In this document: positions 1 to 9,221 of the stretch, one piece after another | Layout: every line of letters begins with the position of its first letter | Position numbering within the stretch: position 1 is the stretch's first letter | Virus record (IMG/VR): IMGVR_UViG_3300032277_000015 | Location: 1-41,459 of that record | Strand: one strand, 5' to 3' | Source: a virus | Lineage: Duplodnaviria > Caudoviricetes | Length of the DNA: 41,459 bases | Position numbers and translations under genes: made by a program | The notes under the pieces: generated by a model | Seen by the model: the letters and a program-made list of their open reading frames with translations, nothing else | Told to the model about the DNA's origin: nothing | The model's database searches: none

Positions 1-3000
1 GATATTCTTTACCTTTTTGTATTTTAATAAGCTCGTCAGTAAACACTCTTAGCTTAGCGTCTTTGTTTACAAAATCATTTAATTCTTTAATATCTCTTTT
101 AGATAAACCTGGTATATCCATACCTTGCTTAGTCCAAGCGGCAACGCGCACTGCGTGAGAGTAAGTAAATTTACCAATACCAGTTTCTTTACTTAAAGTC
201 TTAGGTAGTGTTTTTAGTTTTGTTTTTAAAGCTACAAAATCATTTGCAGCAGATATCTTAGCTTGCGTAACTGCAGACTCAGCTCTATTGTAAGTATCGA
301 GCAAGTTTGTTTTTAAGAAAGCCATTTGAGCGTCTCCTTTTTTACCTTTACCTATCATTTTATATAGTAAACCTGTAAAGTCTTCAGCAGATGGTGGAAT
401 AAGAAAAGCATATTTACCTTTGCTTGCACCAACTGTTTTAGCTCTAGCTGCAGAATACTTTTTATAAGTTTCAATACCAGATGAATCCTCGATCATATCG
501 TTTACAATAGTATCAAAGGTTTGTCTTTTACTAGCTTTTGCTAATTGAACTTTAGACTTAACATCTATTTGACTAAGTACATTTTTAACCGCTTTAACGT
601 TTCCTGTATGATCATCTGCAAAATAAAAGTCGTTATAACCTTCAGCTGCTTTACCCATAATCCACCCAGCTTTAGCCTGTGGAGTTCCATCACCTAAACC
701 AGTTATGTTAGCAAGTGGAATATCTAATCCCATACTAGCTAAAAATTCTTTAATTGGTCCAGCTGCATCTGCAGGTCTTGCCGTTAAAACAAATACATCT
801 TTAGTTCCACGTTTGTCCGCTATGATTTTAGCTACATCCAATAGTGGTCCTTTACTTCCTTGCATTACTTTGCTGAACTCAGAGAAATCCCATTGAGCTC
901 CTTCAGCTTCCATATTAGCTGCTTCTTTAGCAAATGTAGCAGCATCTATTTTACCAGTAGTTCCATCAGGCATTGTATACAATACGTTACTTTTAGTTCT
1001 AGCCAATGTATCATCAAAATCAAATACTCTAATCTTCTTGACAGGTTGATCTAGTTTTCTAGCAAGTTCCAAAGACTTATCAGTTTTTTCTAAAGCATTT
1101 ATAGCTGTTTTAACACTAATAGGTCTGTTGTATTTTATAGCATCAGGTATGATTTTACTATCACGTTTTGAAGCCATAACTTTACCAGGAACTAGCTCTG
1201 ATTTTACTTTAACCTCTTCTTTGTATTCTTTTATAGACTTAACATCGTCAGCTTCTAATTCTACTAAACCATCACTTAAAGCTTCAAGAGGAGTTATTTG
1301 TTTTTTAGTTTTTATGTCATAGAAAAATACACCTTGCTCTGATAAATCAGAAACCATCTCTCTATATCTAGTTACCATTGGGTTATCTGTAGACTTGTAA
1401 TCTATACCCATCTTAGACTGTAGCTTTAAATTTCTAAGCATATCGTCCATTTGCTCTGTTATTAAAGCAGAGTCAAAAGTTTCTAATTCATTTAAAAACT
1501 CTTGTTTAGCTTTAGCATCCCCAGTTCTTGCGTAAGCGTAAGCAGCCACAGCTACTCTGTTTGCTGGTTTAGTATGCTCAAAAACACCTTTATCACCTCC
1601 AGGTTTTGTTAAGCCTAAATCTTCAAGCTCTTTAAAGCTAAACATTTTACCATCAACGTCTGTTAATACATATCTAGTTCCAGAAGCACGCTTACCTATA
1701 GCCGCCATATCAGCGAATAGTTGAGTAATTAAAAATCTTTTAGACGCAGGATCAACTTGTAATTCACTTATAATATTTACAAGATCTATAAGCTCTTTTT
1801 TAGTTTTGTTACCCTGTTCATAAAGCTCCTCAATAAATTCAAACTTTTGTTTTTGCGTTTTTTTATTAAAAACACCTTTAGGATTTGTCCACCAATTTTT
1901 TTGATACGTATCTGCTCTCAAAGGTATAGCTGGACCGTCAGGCGCTTCAGATAAAAAATTTTCCATTAAATCAGGCACGCCGGTCATTATAGCGCCTCTA
2001 GATTTACGAGTTCCTTTATAGTCTCTTTTTATTTCACCAATATTTTCTTTTTCTAAAACAAAAGAATTAGGTTGTGTTCCTATCAAAAAACCTCCAATAT
2101 TAGCTGGCTTAGCAAATGGTCCAAAAAACATACTTTTTAATTGCTGCTTAGTATAGCCCTTTTTTATCATTTCATCAGCAAGAACTTTGAAGGCAGTTCT
2201 AAGTTTGTTTAAACCTTCTAAACTAAACTCGTCAGCTCTGTAAACCTTATCACCGACTACTAAGTCAACGGTGTTGTAATCATAACCCTTGGTTAGATCT
2301 GAAGCTAAGCTCTCATCTATAATATTCTTTATTTCTTTAAAGTTTTTATCTGAAAACCTTTTAATAGCAACTTCTTCTCGCTGCATGCTAAACACATTAG
2401 ATACTTCTTTAATAACCTGTTTTATAGCTGGTGTGTCTAAACCCTCTACAGGATTTTCTTTAAAGTATTCGGTAGCTGCGCTTTTCCAAGGTTGCTTAAT
2501 ACTTTCGTCTTTTAACTTAGCTTCTAGTATATCGTTAAAACCTTTAGAGCTAGTAGCTTTCAAAAACTCATCTACCAAACCTGGTTTTATATTTGCTTCT
2601 GCTAAAAGTCTTTTACTAGCCATAGCTTTATTCTTGCCTGCTGCAACATCTTGCTTAACTTCTAAGCTTAAATCTGTGTCAGATCTTACAATTTCATTTG
2701 TAACTAACTTACCGTATAAACTAGCGATACCTTTTAACGCCTGAGCTTGTGGTGATCTAGCGTCAAATCCTTTAGCTTTCTTACCTTCAACAATTCCAAA
2801 CGCTTCTAAGAAATCAGCTTTACTAATTCCTTTGTTTAATTTAAACGGAGCAAGTCCAGCGCCTTTACCTAATCTAGCTTGTTTAGTATAAAAAGCATTA
2901 AGTAGGCTTTTTGGCACGCCAGTAGACGTACCTAAGAGCTTCTCTGTTGCAGCTTCTACAACTGCCCCTTCTGGTAATATCTTTAATAATTTATCTGCGT

Positions 3001-6000
3001 TCTTATTGACAAATTGCTGAATAGCTGTAGCATCACCTTTTGATAGATTAGCTGTTGGACTAGTTAATTTTTTAACTTTTTCTATACCAATTTCAGCTGC
3101 AATAATTTCAGGAGCTAAGTCACCAAGTTTTTTAAATGTTAGATTTTTAGGATCGATGCCTTTAATCTTCTCTTGTACTTGCTCTTTAATTTTAGTTACA
3201 GCTTCGTTTGAAATAAACGAGCTTGGTTTTATTTTTCTAGTAACAGGTTTTGTAGGTACTTCAACGTCTTGCTCTGTAGCTGTTTGGCGTTGCATTTTTT
3301 CAGTAACACCTTCTTGCGATTCAGATTGAATAATTTCATTATACCTAGGATCAGCTTCGTAAAACTCTTGTAATCTAGCATCAAACAAGCTTCTACCAGA
3401 AGCAGACTTTGCATTCAAATAACCCATGACACTATCGTTTCGATCTGGTGTCCATTTATCTATTAAGCCAACTAATCCTCTTTTTTCATCTAAAGCAAAA
3501 GTTCTAGCTATATCGTCAATAACGTCTTCGCTTAGGTTTATGTTACGCATACGTCTTTTAGCTTCATCAACTAAAGAATACGCGGCCATAATTGTAGCAT
3601 CTTTCTTTTTTTTAGGATCAAGAAGATCTAGCTTCATAGATTCAACTTCTTGATATACTCTCTTACTAGCTTTAGCCGAGCCATCTGAGTCTTTATTTTT
3701 AGTTTGTTTGTTTAACTCTAAGTCTATATTACTAACAAGATTTTTTTCTGCTGAAATAATCAATTCAGTTCCCGCCTCTAGGTCTTGACCTCCTGTCTTG
3801 TTTAACTGCTTAAGCTGCTTTAGCGTTATGTCTGGGAATTTTTCAGCTACATCTTCTATAGTTTCTCCCTCTTGAACTACATAAGTGTTATTGACTTCTA
3901 AATCATCATCAACAATCGCTCCCTTAGCTCCTTCTAATCTTACCTTGTTTTCAGCTGCTGACCAGCCTTTACCAGCGTCAGTAGACTTATTGTAAGCTAC
4001 TATAAAATCAAAAACATCTTTTCCAGTGTCAAATCTTAAATTTAAAGGTTGTTTGTTTGTTGGGTTTTTTAAGAAGTTCGATATTTTTTTGCCTATGTTT
4101 TTATACCAAGCCTCTTGCTTTGGGTTGTATTGAATATCGCCGCTAGAAAGGTATTCACTCATTAAAGGTATAACTTCAGACCAAGTGTCTTCTGCTGAAT
4201 ACTTTGAGTCATTAACGTATGACTGAAATTTGCTTAAAAACTTAGCTCCTCCACTTATTTCTTTGTTGTTAAGAAACTCTAGCATTAAAGATTTACCAAA
4301 CTTAATAGCAAGTTCTGGATTTCCTTTAAGAGCTTGCTCCCAAAAAGGATGCAATGTTTCATGTTTACCACTCGTATAAACGTTGTCTTCTGCAGACACT
4401 TGATCGTTTATCAATATAACTTTCTTTGTCACGCCATCTTCTTTAAATTCTAAAGATTGACCATAACCTACGTCTTCTATAACTTTTCCTCCTTTAGCTA
4501 TAATTTCTGCTTTTTTGACGTCTATTTTTTCTTGACTACCAAAAGGAAGAAACTCAACATCCATTTCAGCAGCTTTAGCTTTTGATCCTTTTCTGGAAAT
4601 AGATTTTTCAAGTTCTGGTTTTACTATTTCAGCCAGAGCCTCTCTTTTGTTTTCTATTTTTATATCAATATTTTCATGGAAAGCCTCGTCCATGTTTTTC
4701 TTTCTGTTTTGAAGATCTGCAATTTCTTGAAGTATTATAGCTGATTCAAGTTGAGTTTCTGAACTAACGCTGTTTGGTATGTTACTCATTTGGTTATTAA
4801 CAGCTCTAACGTCTGAGAGTACCTTAGAAACTTGCTCTTGAGTAACGTCTCCTTTAGCAACCATTTGATTCATTATTTCTTTAGAGCCATCTAAATCTAA
4901 ACTTATTTGGTAAAGGCTTTGTAATTGTTGCTCAGCTCTTCTAGGTCCAAGCCCTCTAAAGTTTAAATTAGCAAAAGCAGAACCTGAACCAAAAGAGGTC
5001 ATAGCTAAGTTTATAGAGTCTTGCATTGTCATGTCTTGCTGTAAGACATCTTTGCCAGCTATACTGTTTAAATAAGAATTTAAACCATAAACCTCAATAC
5101 CTTGTTGAGTGAACTCTTGAGCAACCTCAAAAACTCCATCAGCAACTACATTCACAGCTCCTTGCTTTGTAGGTTTCAATCTTTTTAGTGAATTGAATAT
5201 ATTAAATCCAGCTCCTGATACGCCTTTTTTGCTATAACCTTTTATAGCGTTTTTAATTAAACTACTAGAGCTAGCCGTTCCAAACAAGTTTTTATTTAAG
5301 TTATCTACATATTTACTATTTGGGGACAAAACGCTTGTTATAGAATATATAGCAGCTCCATATCTTGCAGCTAAATCTGACATTTCGTCAGCATCACTGG
5401 AATTTATACCAGCCTCTATAAATTGATCGTAAGTGTTTTGCTTTGTTCCAAAATAACCGCTAGCACCGTAGTAACCCATTGCTCCAACTGACGCTGCTGG
5501 TATTCTTATTGCAGAAGCTAGTTTTGTGATACCTAAAGCTTTAGAAGCACCGCCCGTTAAAGAAGTGCCTATTACATCATAAGCCATTCTACCTGAAACA
5601 CCCGCGAACTCTTGAAGAGATCCCATACCGCTAAAAGAAGATCCTGTTTTTTCACTTTCATCTAAAGATTTGTTTATTTTTTCAAACTCACCTTCACTAA
5701 CGGTACCTAGTATTACTTTATTTGTAACATCGTAAATAGCTCCAGCTTCGTCTTTTATATATGTAATACCATCTACTTCCGCTTCTTTTCCTGTTACAAA
5801 CTGATACCTAACATCTTCAGTCTCTCTAGATATGTCTCTTTCTTGCTTTACACTTCTTCCGTAAGTGTTGTCTATACCTAATAGGTCTTTAATACCAAAA
5901 GCTATTTCCTCAGCTCCACTCATATATCCTCTTGATGCTTTCTTAGCAGCTAAATACAAGTCTCCGTTTAAGTTTTCTTGTGATTTTATTTTGTTTATAG

Positions 6001-7423
6001 TTTGGTCTCTTTCTGCTTGATCTTGAATTTTAGATATAGATAACTCTGGAAAAGCTAAATCCTTATACTCTTTTATACTGTTGTAGTTATACAAGCCATA
6101 ACTATTTTTACCATATTTGTTGTCAAAGTAATTTTTAGCTTTTAATAAAGCCTTGTCTACGCTTTCTACATCTTTAAACTCTTCAGGGTTTTTCTTGATG
6201 TAACTAGAATATAGCTTTTTTAAATAATCAGCTTCTTGCTCTTCAATGTATAAGTCTAGATACCTTTCTTGTGATCTCTGTTGGTTAATAATAGAGTTTT
6301 TCAACTCACCCTGCAAAGACTTTGCTGTGTCAGGGTTTTCTTCAGAATCAATATTCTGTCTAATAGAGGTTTGCACTATACCATATCCTTGGTTTGGGTT
6401 CTCAATAGCATCTAAATAATCGTTACTATAACCTTTAGAATTCATGTAGCCTAGGAAATCGTCATAATCAAAGCCGTTGATGCTTTTTAATAAATCTGAC
6501 TTATAATCATAATTTACTTTGGAAATAGCAGCATCTTCCCTAAAATCCTCTTTATATTTACCAGTGTAAGGTTGATCTTTAAACTCAACATGTCGCTTAC
6601 TTTTGTTTAAATCTTCAGTAACTATATAGTCTGTTAGTTTTGAATCCAGGGTTCGTTTTTGGTGTTTTTTTATAGCTTTATCTTCAAAGCTGTCGTCAAC
6701 GAACTCGTCGTCTGGAGTAAATCTAGACTGAGCTCTATTTTTAAAAAATAACTCTTTTCTATTTAAAAATTCACCACTTTTTGTTTCGCCTTTAATGTCG
6801 TCTGGATTAAACTTAGAAACACTATTAACTTGGTCCTCAGTAACATTCAAGTAGTCACCTATGTTAAAATCTTTATAAACCTGTTCTTGTTTTTGTTTTT
6901 GTTTAAAAAACTTTTCTTTGTTAAAATCAGAATGACCAAATTCAGAGGCAATAGCATATTCCCCTGTCGAACCCATTTCATGTTGTTTCCATTCTTCAGA
7001 ACCTTTTGGCTTGTAGGAATAAACACTTTTTCCTTCGTCGTTTATATCGTATTTATAATCAAATTCATCGACAGATATAGATTCACCTGGTTGCGCTACA
7101 GCTGTGTATTTTGCGTATTTGATTTGTGACTCTCTAGCTTTATCCATTTCTTTATCAGTCATGCCAAAGCCAAAAAATCTAGGCTCTTGAGATGCTGATT
7201 CTCCACTTCCAGAACTTGAACTCTCGGATGCTACCGGTGTCGGTACTACAGCCGCATCTGTTTCCGCAGCACCGTTTGTCTTTACTTCTTCAATAGGAGT
7301 TTCAATTACTTCTTCAACTTCTTGCTGACCCCACTTGTTTTCTATTTTCCATTGTCTAATAAGCTCGGCTTTATTAGGGTTTGAATCTGGAATAGATGCT
7401 GTGTATTCTTGTAATTCGTTCAT
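1..7423 (-). CDS. Giant multidomain internal virion / DNA-ejection (polyvalent-type) protein, >=2474 aa, 3' end outside the window
   Basis: ATG at 7423-7421 after an A-rich leader (AAATTAAATG). Manually translated stretches in this frame are open (MNELQEYTASIPDSNPNK ... FTDELIKIQKGKEY at the left edge). The ORF track lists no stop-terminated ORF in this frame, consistent with run-off. Contains HETLH, LysM, sigma2-like, EHTKP and HAD motifs. Lies directly after the tail and ejection genes. Confidence 0.9.
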   Translation of the reverse strand, partial: MNELQEYTASIPDSNPNKAELIRQWKIENKWGQQEVEEVIETPIEEVKTNGAAETDAAVVPTPVASESSSSGSGESASQEPRFFGFGMTDKEMDKARESQIKYAKYTAVAQPGESISVDEFDYKYDINDEGKSVYSYKPKGSEEWKQHEMGSTGEYAIASEFGHSDFNKEKFFKQKQKQEQVYKDFNIGDYLNVTEDQVNSVSKFNPDDIKGETKSGEFLNRKELFFKNRAQSRFTPDDEFVDDSFEDKAIKKHQKRTLDSKLTDYIVTEDLNKSKRHVEFKDQPYTGKYKEDFREDAAISKVNYDYKSDLLKSINGFDYDDFLGYMNSKGYSNDYLDAIENPNQGYGIVQTSIRQNIDSEENPDTAKSLQGELKNSIINQQRSQERYLDLYIEEQEADYLKKLYSSYIKKNPEEFKDVESVDKALLKAKNYFDNKYGKNSYGLYNYNSIKEYKDLAFPELSISKIQDQAERDQTINKIKSQENLNGDLYLAAKKASRGYMSGAEEIAFGIKDLLGIDNTYGRSVKQERDISRETEDVRYQFVTGKEAEVDGITYIKDEAGAIYDVTNKVILGTVSEGEFEKINKSLDESEKTGSSFSGMGSLQEFAGVSGRMAYDVIGTSLTGGASKALGITKLASAIRIPAASVGAMGYYGASGYFGTKQNTYDQFIEAGINSSDADEMSDLAARYGAAIYSITSVLSPNSKYVDNLNKNLFGTASSSSLIKNAIKGYSKKGVSGAGFNIFNSLKRLKPTKQGAVNVVADGVFEVAQEFTQQGIEVYGLNSYLNSIAGKDVLQQDMTMQDSINLAMTSFGSGSAFANLNFRGLGPRRAEQQLQSLYQISLDLDGSKEIMNQMVAKGDVTQEQVSKVLSDVRAVNNQMSNIPNSVSSETQLESAIILQEIADLQNRKKNMDEAFHENIDIKIENKREALAEIVKPELEKSISRKGSKAKAAEMDVEFLPFGSQEKIDVKKAEIIAKGGKVIEDVGYGQSLEFKEDGVTKKVILINDQVSAEDNVYTSGKHETLHPFWEQALKGNPELAIKFGKSLMLEFLNNKEISGGAKFLSKFQSYVNDSKYSAEDTWSEVIPLMSEYLSSGDIQYNPKQEAWYKNIGKKISNFLKNPTNKQPLNLRFDTGKDVFDFIVAYNKSTDAGKGWSAAENKVRLEGAKGAIVDDDLEVNNTYVVQEGETIEDVAEKFPDITLKQLKQLNKTGGQDLEAGTELIISAEKNLVSNIDLELNKQTKNKDSDGSAKASKRVYQEVESMKLDLLDPKKKKDATIMAAYSLVDEAKRRMRNINLSEDVIDDIARTFALDEKRGLVGLIDKWTPDRNDSVMGYLNAKSASGRSLFDARLQEFYEADPRYNEIIQSESQEGVTEKMQRQTATEQDVEVPTKPVTRKIKPSSFISNEAVTKIKEQVQEKIKGIDPKNLTFKKLGDLAPEIIAAEIGIEKVKKLTSPTANLSKGDATAIQQFVNKNADKLLKILPEGAVVEAATEKLLGTSTGVPKSLLNAFYTKQARLGKGAGLAPFKLNKGISKADFLEAFGIVEGKKAKGFDARSPQAQALKGIASLYGKLVTNEIVRSDTDLSLEVKQDVAAGKNKAMASKRLLAEANIKPGLVDEFLKATSSKGFNDILEAKLKDESIKQPWKSAATEYFKENPVEGLDTPAIKQVIKEVSNVFSMQREEVAIKRFSDKNFKEIKNIIDESLASDLTKGYDYNTVDLVVGDKVYRADEFSLEGLNKLRTAFKVLADEMIKKGYTKQQLKSMFFGPFAKPANIGGFLIGTQPNSFVLEKENIGEIKRDYKGTRKSRGAIMTGVPDLMENFLSEAPDGPAIPLRADTYQKNWWTNPKGVFNKKTQKQKFEFIEELYEQGNKTKKELIDLVNIISELQVDPASKRFLITQLFADMAAIGKRASGTRYVLTDVDGKMFSFKELEDLGLTKPGGDKGVFEHTKPANRVAVAAYAYARTGDAKAKQEFLNELETFDSALITEQMDDMLRNLKLQSKMGIDYKSTDNPMVTRYREMVSDLSEQGVFFYDIKTKKQITPLEALSDGLVELEADDVKSIKEYKEEVKVKSELVPGKVMASKRDSKIIPDAIKYNRPISVKTAINALEKTDKSLELARKLDQPVKKIRVFDFDDTLARTKSNVLYTMPDGTTGKIDAATFAKEAANMEAEGAQWDFSEFSKVMQGSKGPLLDVAKIIADKRGTKDVFVLTARPADAAGPIKEFLASMGLDIPLANITGLGDGTPQAKAGWIMGKAAEGYNDFYFADDHTGNVKAVKNVLSQIDVKSKVQLAKASKRQTFDTIVNDMIEDSSGIETYKKYSAARAKTVGASKGKYAFLIPPSAEDFTGLLYKMIGKGKKGDAQMAFLKTNLLDTYNRAESAVTQAKISAANDFVALKTKLKTLPKTLSKETGIGKFTYSHAVRVAAWTKQGMDIPGLSKRDIKELNDFVNKDAKLRVFTDELIKIQKGKEY

Positions 7424-7428
7424 TTAAT

Positions 7429-8529
7429 TTAATTTAAGTCGTTATCATCTAAAAATTTCTGAGCCTTTGCTTTTTTAGCTTCTGCTAAATCAAACACAGC
7501 TGCATCTTCCTTAACTGTTGGAGTTTGGTTACTAGCAAATTTCAATAGATAATTATTCATAAAGTATTCTTTGTATTTTGATTCAAATAAAACTTTTTTG
7601 TCTTGTTGTAATGGTAGATCTTCTTCGTAACTCCAGCTTGATGCTCCAGCGTTAGCGTCCTGAGCCATCTGAGCGTCCTCTTCGACACTTGTGTCTTTAG
7701 ATATATAAACGTTCCAAGCAGCAACGGCTTCTTGCTCAGAGTCCATTAAACCAGCAACCTCGGCGTTTATAAACGGAGTAACCTTTTTTTCTATTTTTTC
7801 TAAGTCGTACTTAAGCACGTTTCTACCCTTGCCATTTCCTATGTCTACAATCTCGTAGTCAAATGAACCATCTGGATTCATCATCACATATTCTTCGCTA
7901 ATTTTAGCTGTTGCTAATAATTCTCCGTCTTCTCCAACCATTTCAGGGGAAAATAAACCTATTTCAGTTAACAGCCTTAGCATGTCTTTATTTATATCAG
8001 GTGTTGAAGCAATTAGTGATGTATTAGCTTTAAGTATTGCAGCTAGTGAAGAGTTGTTGATAACTAAAGGATTTTCAAAAGCAGGTCCTATAAATGTTAT
8101 TTGTTGGGAACCATCAGGCAATAAATCTAAATAAGCATTATAGCCGTCAGTTTTAGAAAAACCAGGTTTACCACTCATTAAGCTATTAGCGGCCGTATAT
8201 TTATAATTATTGTTTAAATCAAAATTAGGCTCTTCAGTAGTGCTAAGTTCACTGACAATTGAAGATAAAAAATCTAAAGATACTTGAGGCGCTTGTTCTA
8301 GCTGCTTTAATTGAGCTAGTTCTAATGCACAATGTTCTGATGTACACTTATTGTTTTCAATAGCCATTTTTATTTTAGCATATATTTTACCTGTGTTTCT
8401 ATAAGCGTTGTCTAGTAATTGAAAATTATAATCACTAGTGCTTGAAACAAACTCTTCACTATAAGCAATAGCATTACTTTGATTGAACTGCTTTAAGTAA
8501 AGGTTTTGAAGTAAGTTTTTGTTTTCCAT
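7429..8529 (-). CDS. Acidic 366-aa protein, probable internal virion/ejection protein
   Basis: ORF track. Position between the pilot-like protein and the giant ORF; function by synteny only. Confidence 0.5.
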   Translation of the reverse strand: MENKNLLQNLYLKQFNQSNAIAYSEEFVSSTSDYNFQLLDNAYRNTGKIYAKIKMAIENNKCTSEHCALELAQLKQLEQAPQVSLDFLSSIVSELSTTEEPNFDLNNNYKYTAANSLMSGKPGFSKTDGYNAYLDLLPDGSQQITFIGPAFENPLVINNSSLAAILKANTSLIASTPDINKDMLRLLTEIGLFSPEMVGEDGELLATAKISEEYVMMNPDGSFDYEIVDIGNGKGRNVLKYDLEKIEKKVTPFINAEVAGLMDSEQEAVAAWNVYISKDTSVEEDAQMAQDANAGASSWSYEEDLPLQQDKKVLFESKYKEYFMNNYLLKFASNQTPTVKEDAAVFDLAEAKKAKAQKFLDDNDLN

Positions 8530-8540
8530 GTTTTTTTATA

Positions 8541-9221
8541 TTAACCAAATGCACCACCTGAAGCGGCTCCTCCAACAGCATTAGTAACTCCACTAATCAT
8601 ACCAAGCGTGGCACTAGTTTCATCAGCCTGCGACTGCGCTCTAACTGATTCAGCCATTCCTAATTGACCAGCAATTCTATTTAATTGACCCATTTCTCTT
8701 TTTTCGTTTTCACTATACACGAATGATCTACCAGCAACATCAGCTTGCTGCAGTCTTTGCTGTTCAGACATTCTTTGCTGTTGAGCTCTTTGTTCTCCAG
8801 CTGCTCTTTTATCTTCGTTAGATTTTTCTTGTTGTTCTATACTAGCTGCAACACCTCTTTTAGATCTTAAAGCTGCATTTGCTAAAGCAGTCGCACCACC
8901 AGCACTCGCACCAGTAGCTCTTAAAGTGTCTAATGTGTTAGCTAAAGATATATCAGCCTCTTCTATCTGTATTTCAGCTGCCTTTGTTGCTACAGATAAT
9001 TGAGCCATAGGATTACTTATCATACTTGCAAGACTTTGAATACCTTCGTAAGGATTTATTACATCTTGTCTATTGGCTTCTAGCATAGCCATTTTAGCCT
9101 GCAGTCTTGCTTTCTCTCTTTCAGCTCTTCTTCTTTCTTTTTTAGCCGCGTTTCCGCCAATGATACCTCCAGCTATTGCTCCAACGCCTCCAATTATTGC
9201 TGCCGTTACTATTCCTGCCAT
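8541..9221 (-). CDS. Probable DNA ejection/pilot protein (T7 gp14 / P22 gp7-like character)
   Basis: Gly/Ala-rich hydrophobic N-terminus (MAGIVTAAIIGGVGAIAGGIIGG), Q/E/R-rich coiled coil and Gly-rich C-terminus. First gene of the ejection cluster after the nozzle genes. Confidence 0.65.
   Translation of the reverse strand: MAGIVTAAIIGGVGAIAGGIIGGNAAKKERRRAEREKARLQAKMAMLEANRQDVINPYEGIQSLASMISNPMAQLSVATKAAEIQIEEADISLANTLDTLRATGASAGGATALANAALRSKRGVAASIEQQEKSNEDKRAAGEQRAQQQRMSEQQRLQQADVAGRSFVYSENEKREMGQLNRIAGQLGMAESVRAQSQADETSATLGMISGVTNAVGGAASGGAFG

Noticed and set aside
1004-1021. DFDDT read as the DxDxD catalytic motif of a crAss-like virion RNA polymerase
   Set aside because: The context (VFDFDDTL, LTAR, K, FADD) is a full HAD signature. 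I saw no DxDGD/DFDID-type motif in the translated parts, though the ORF continues outside the window.
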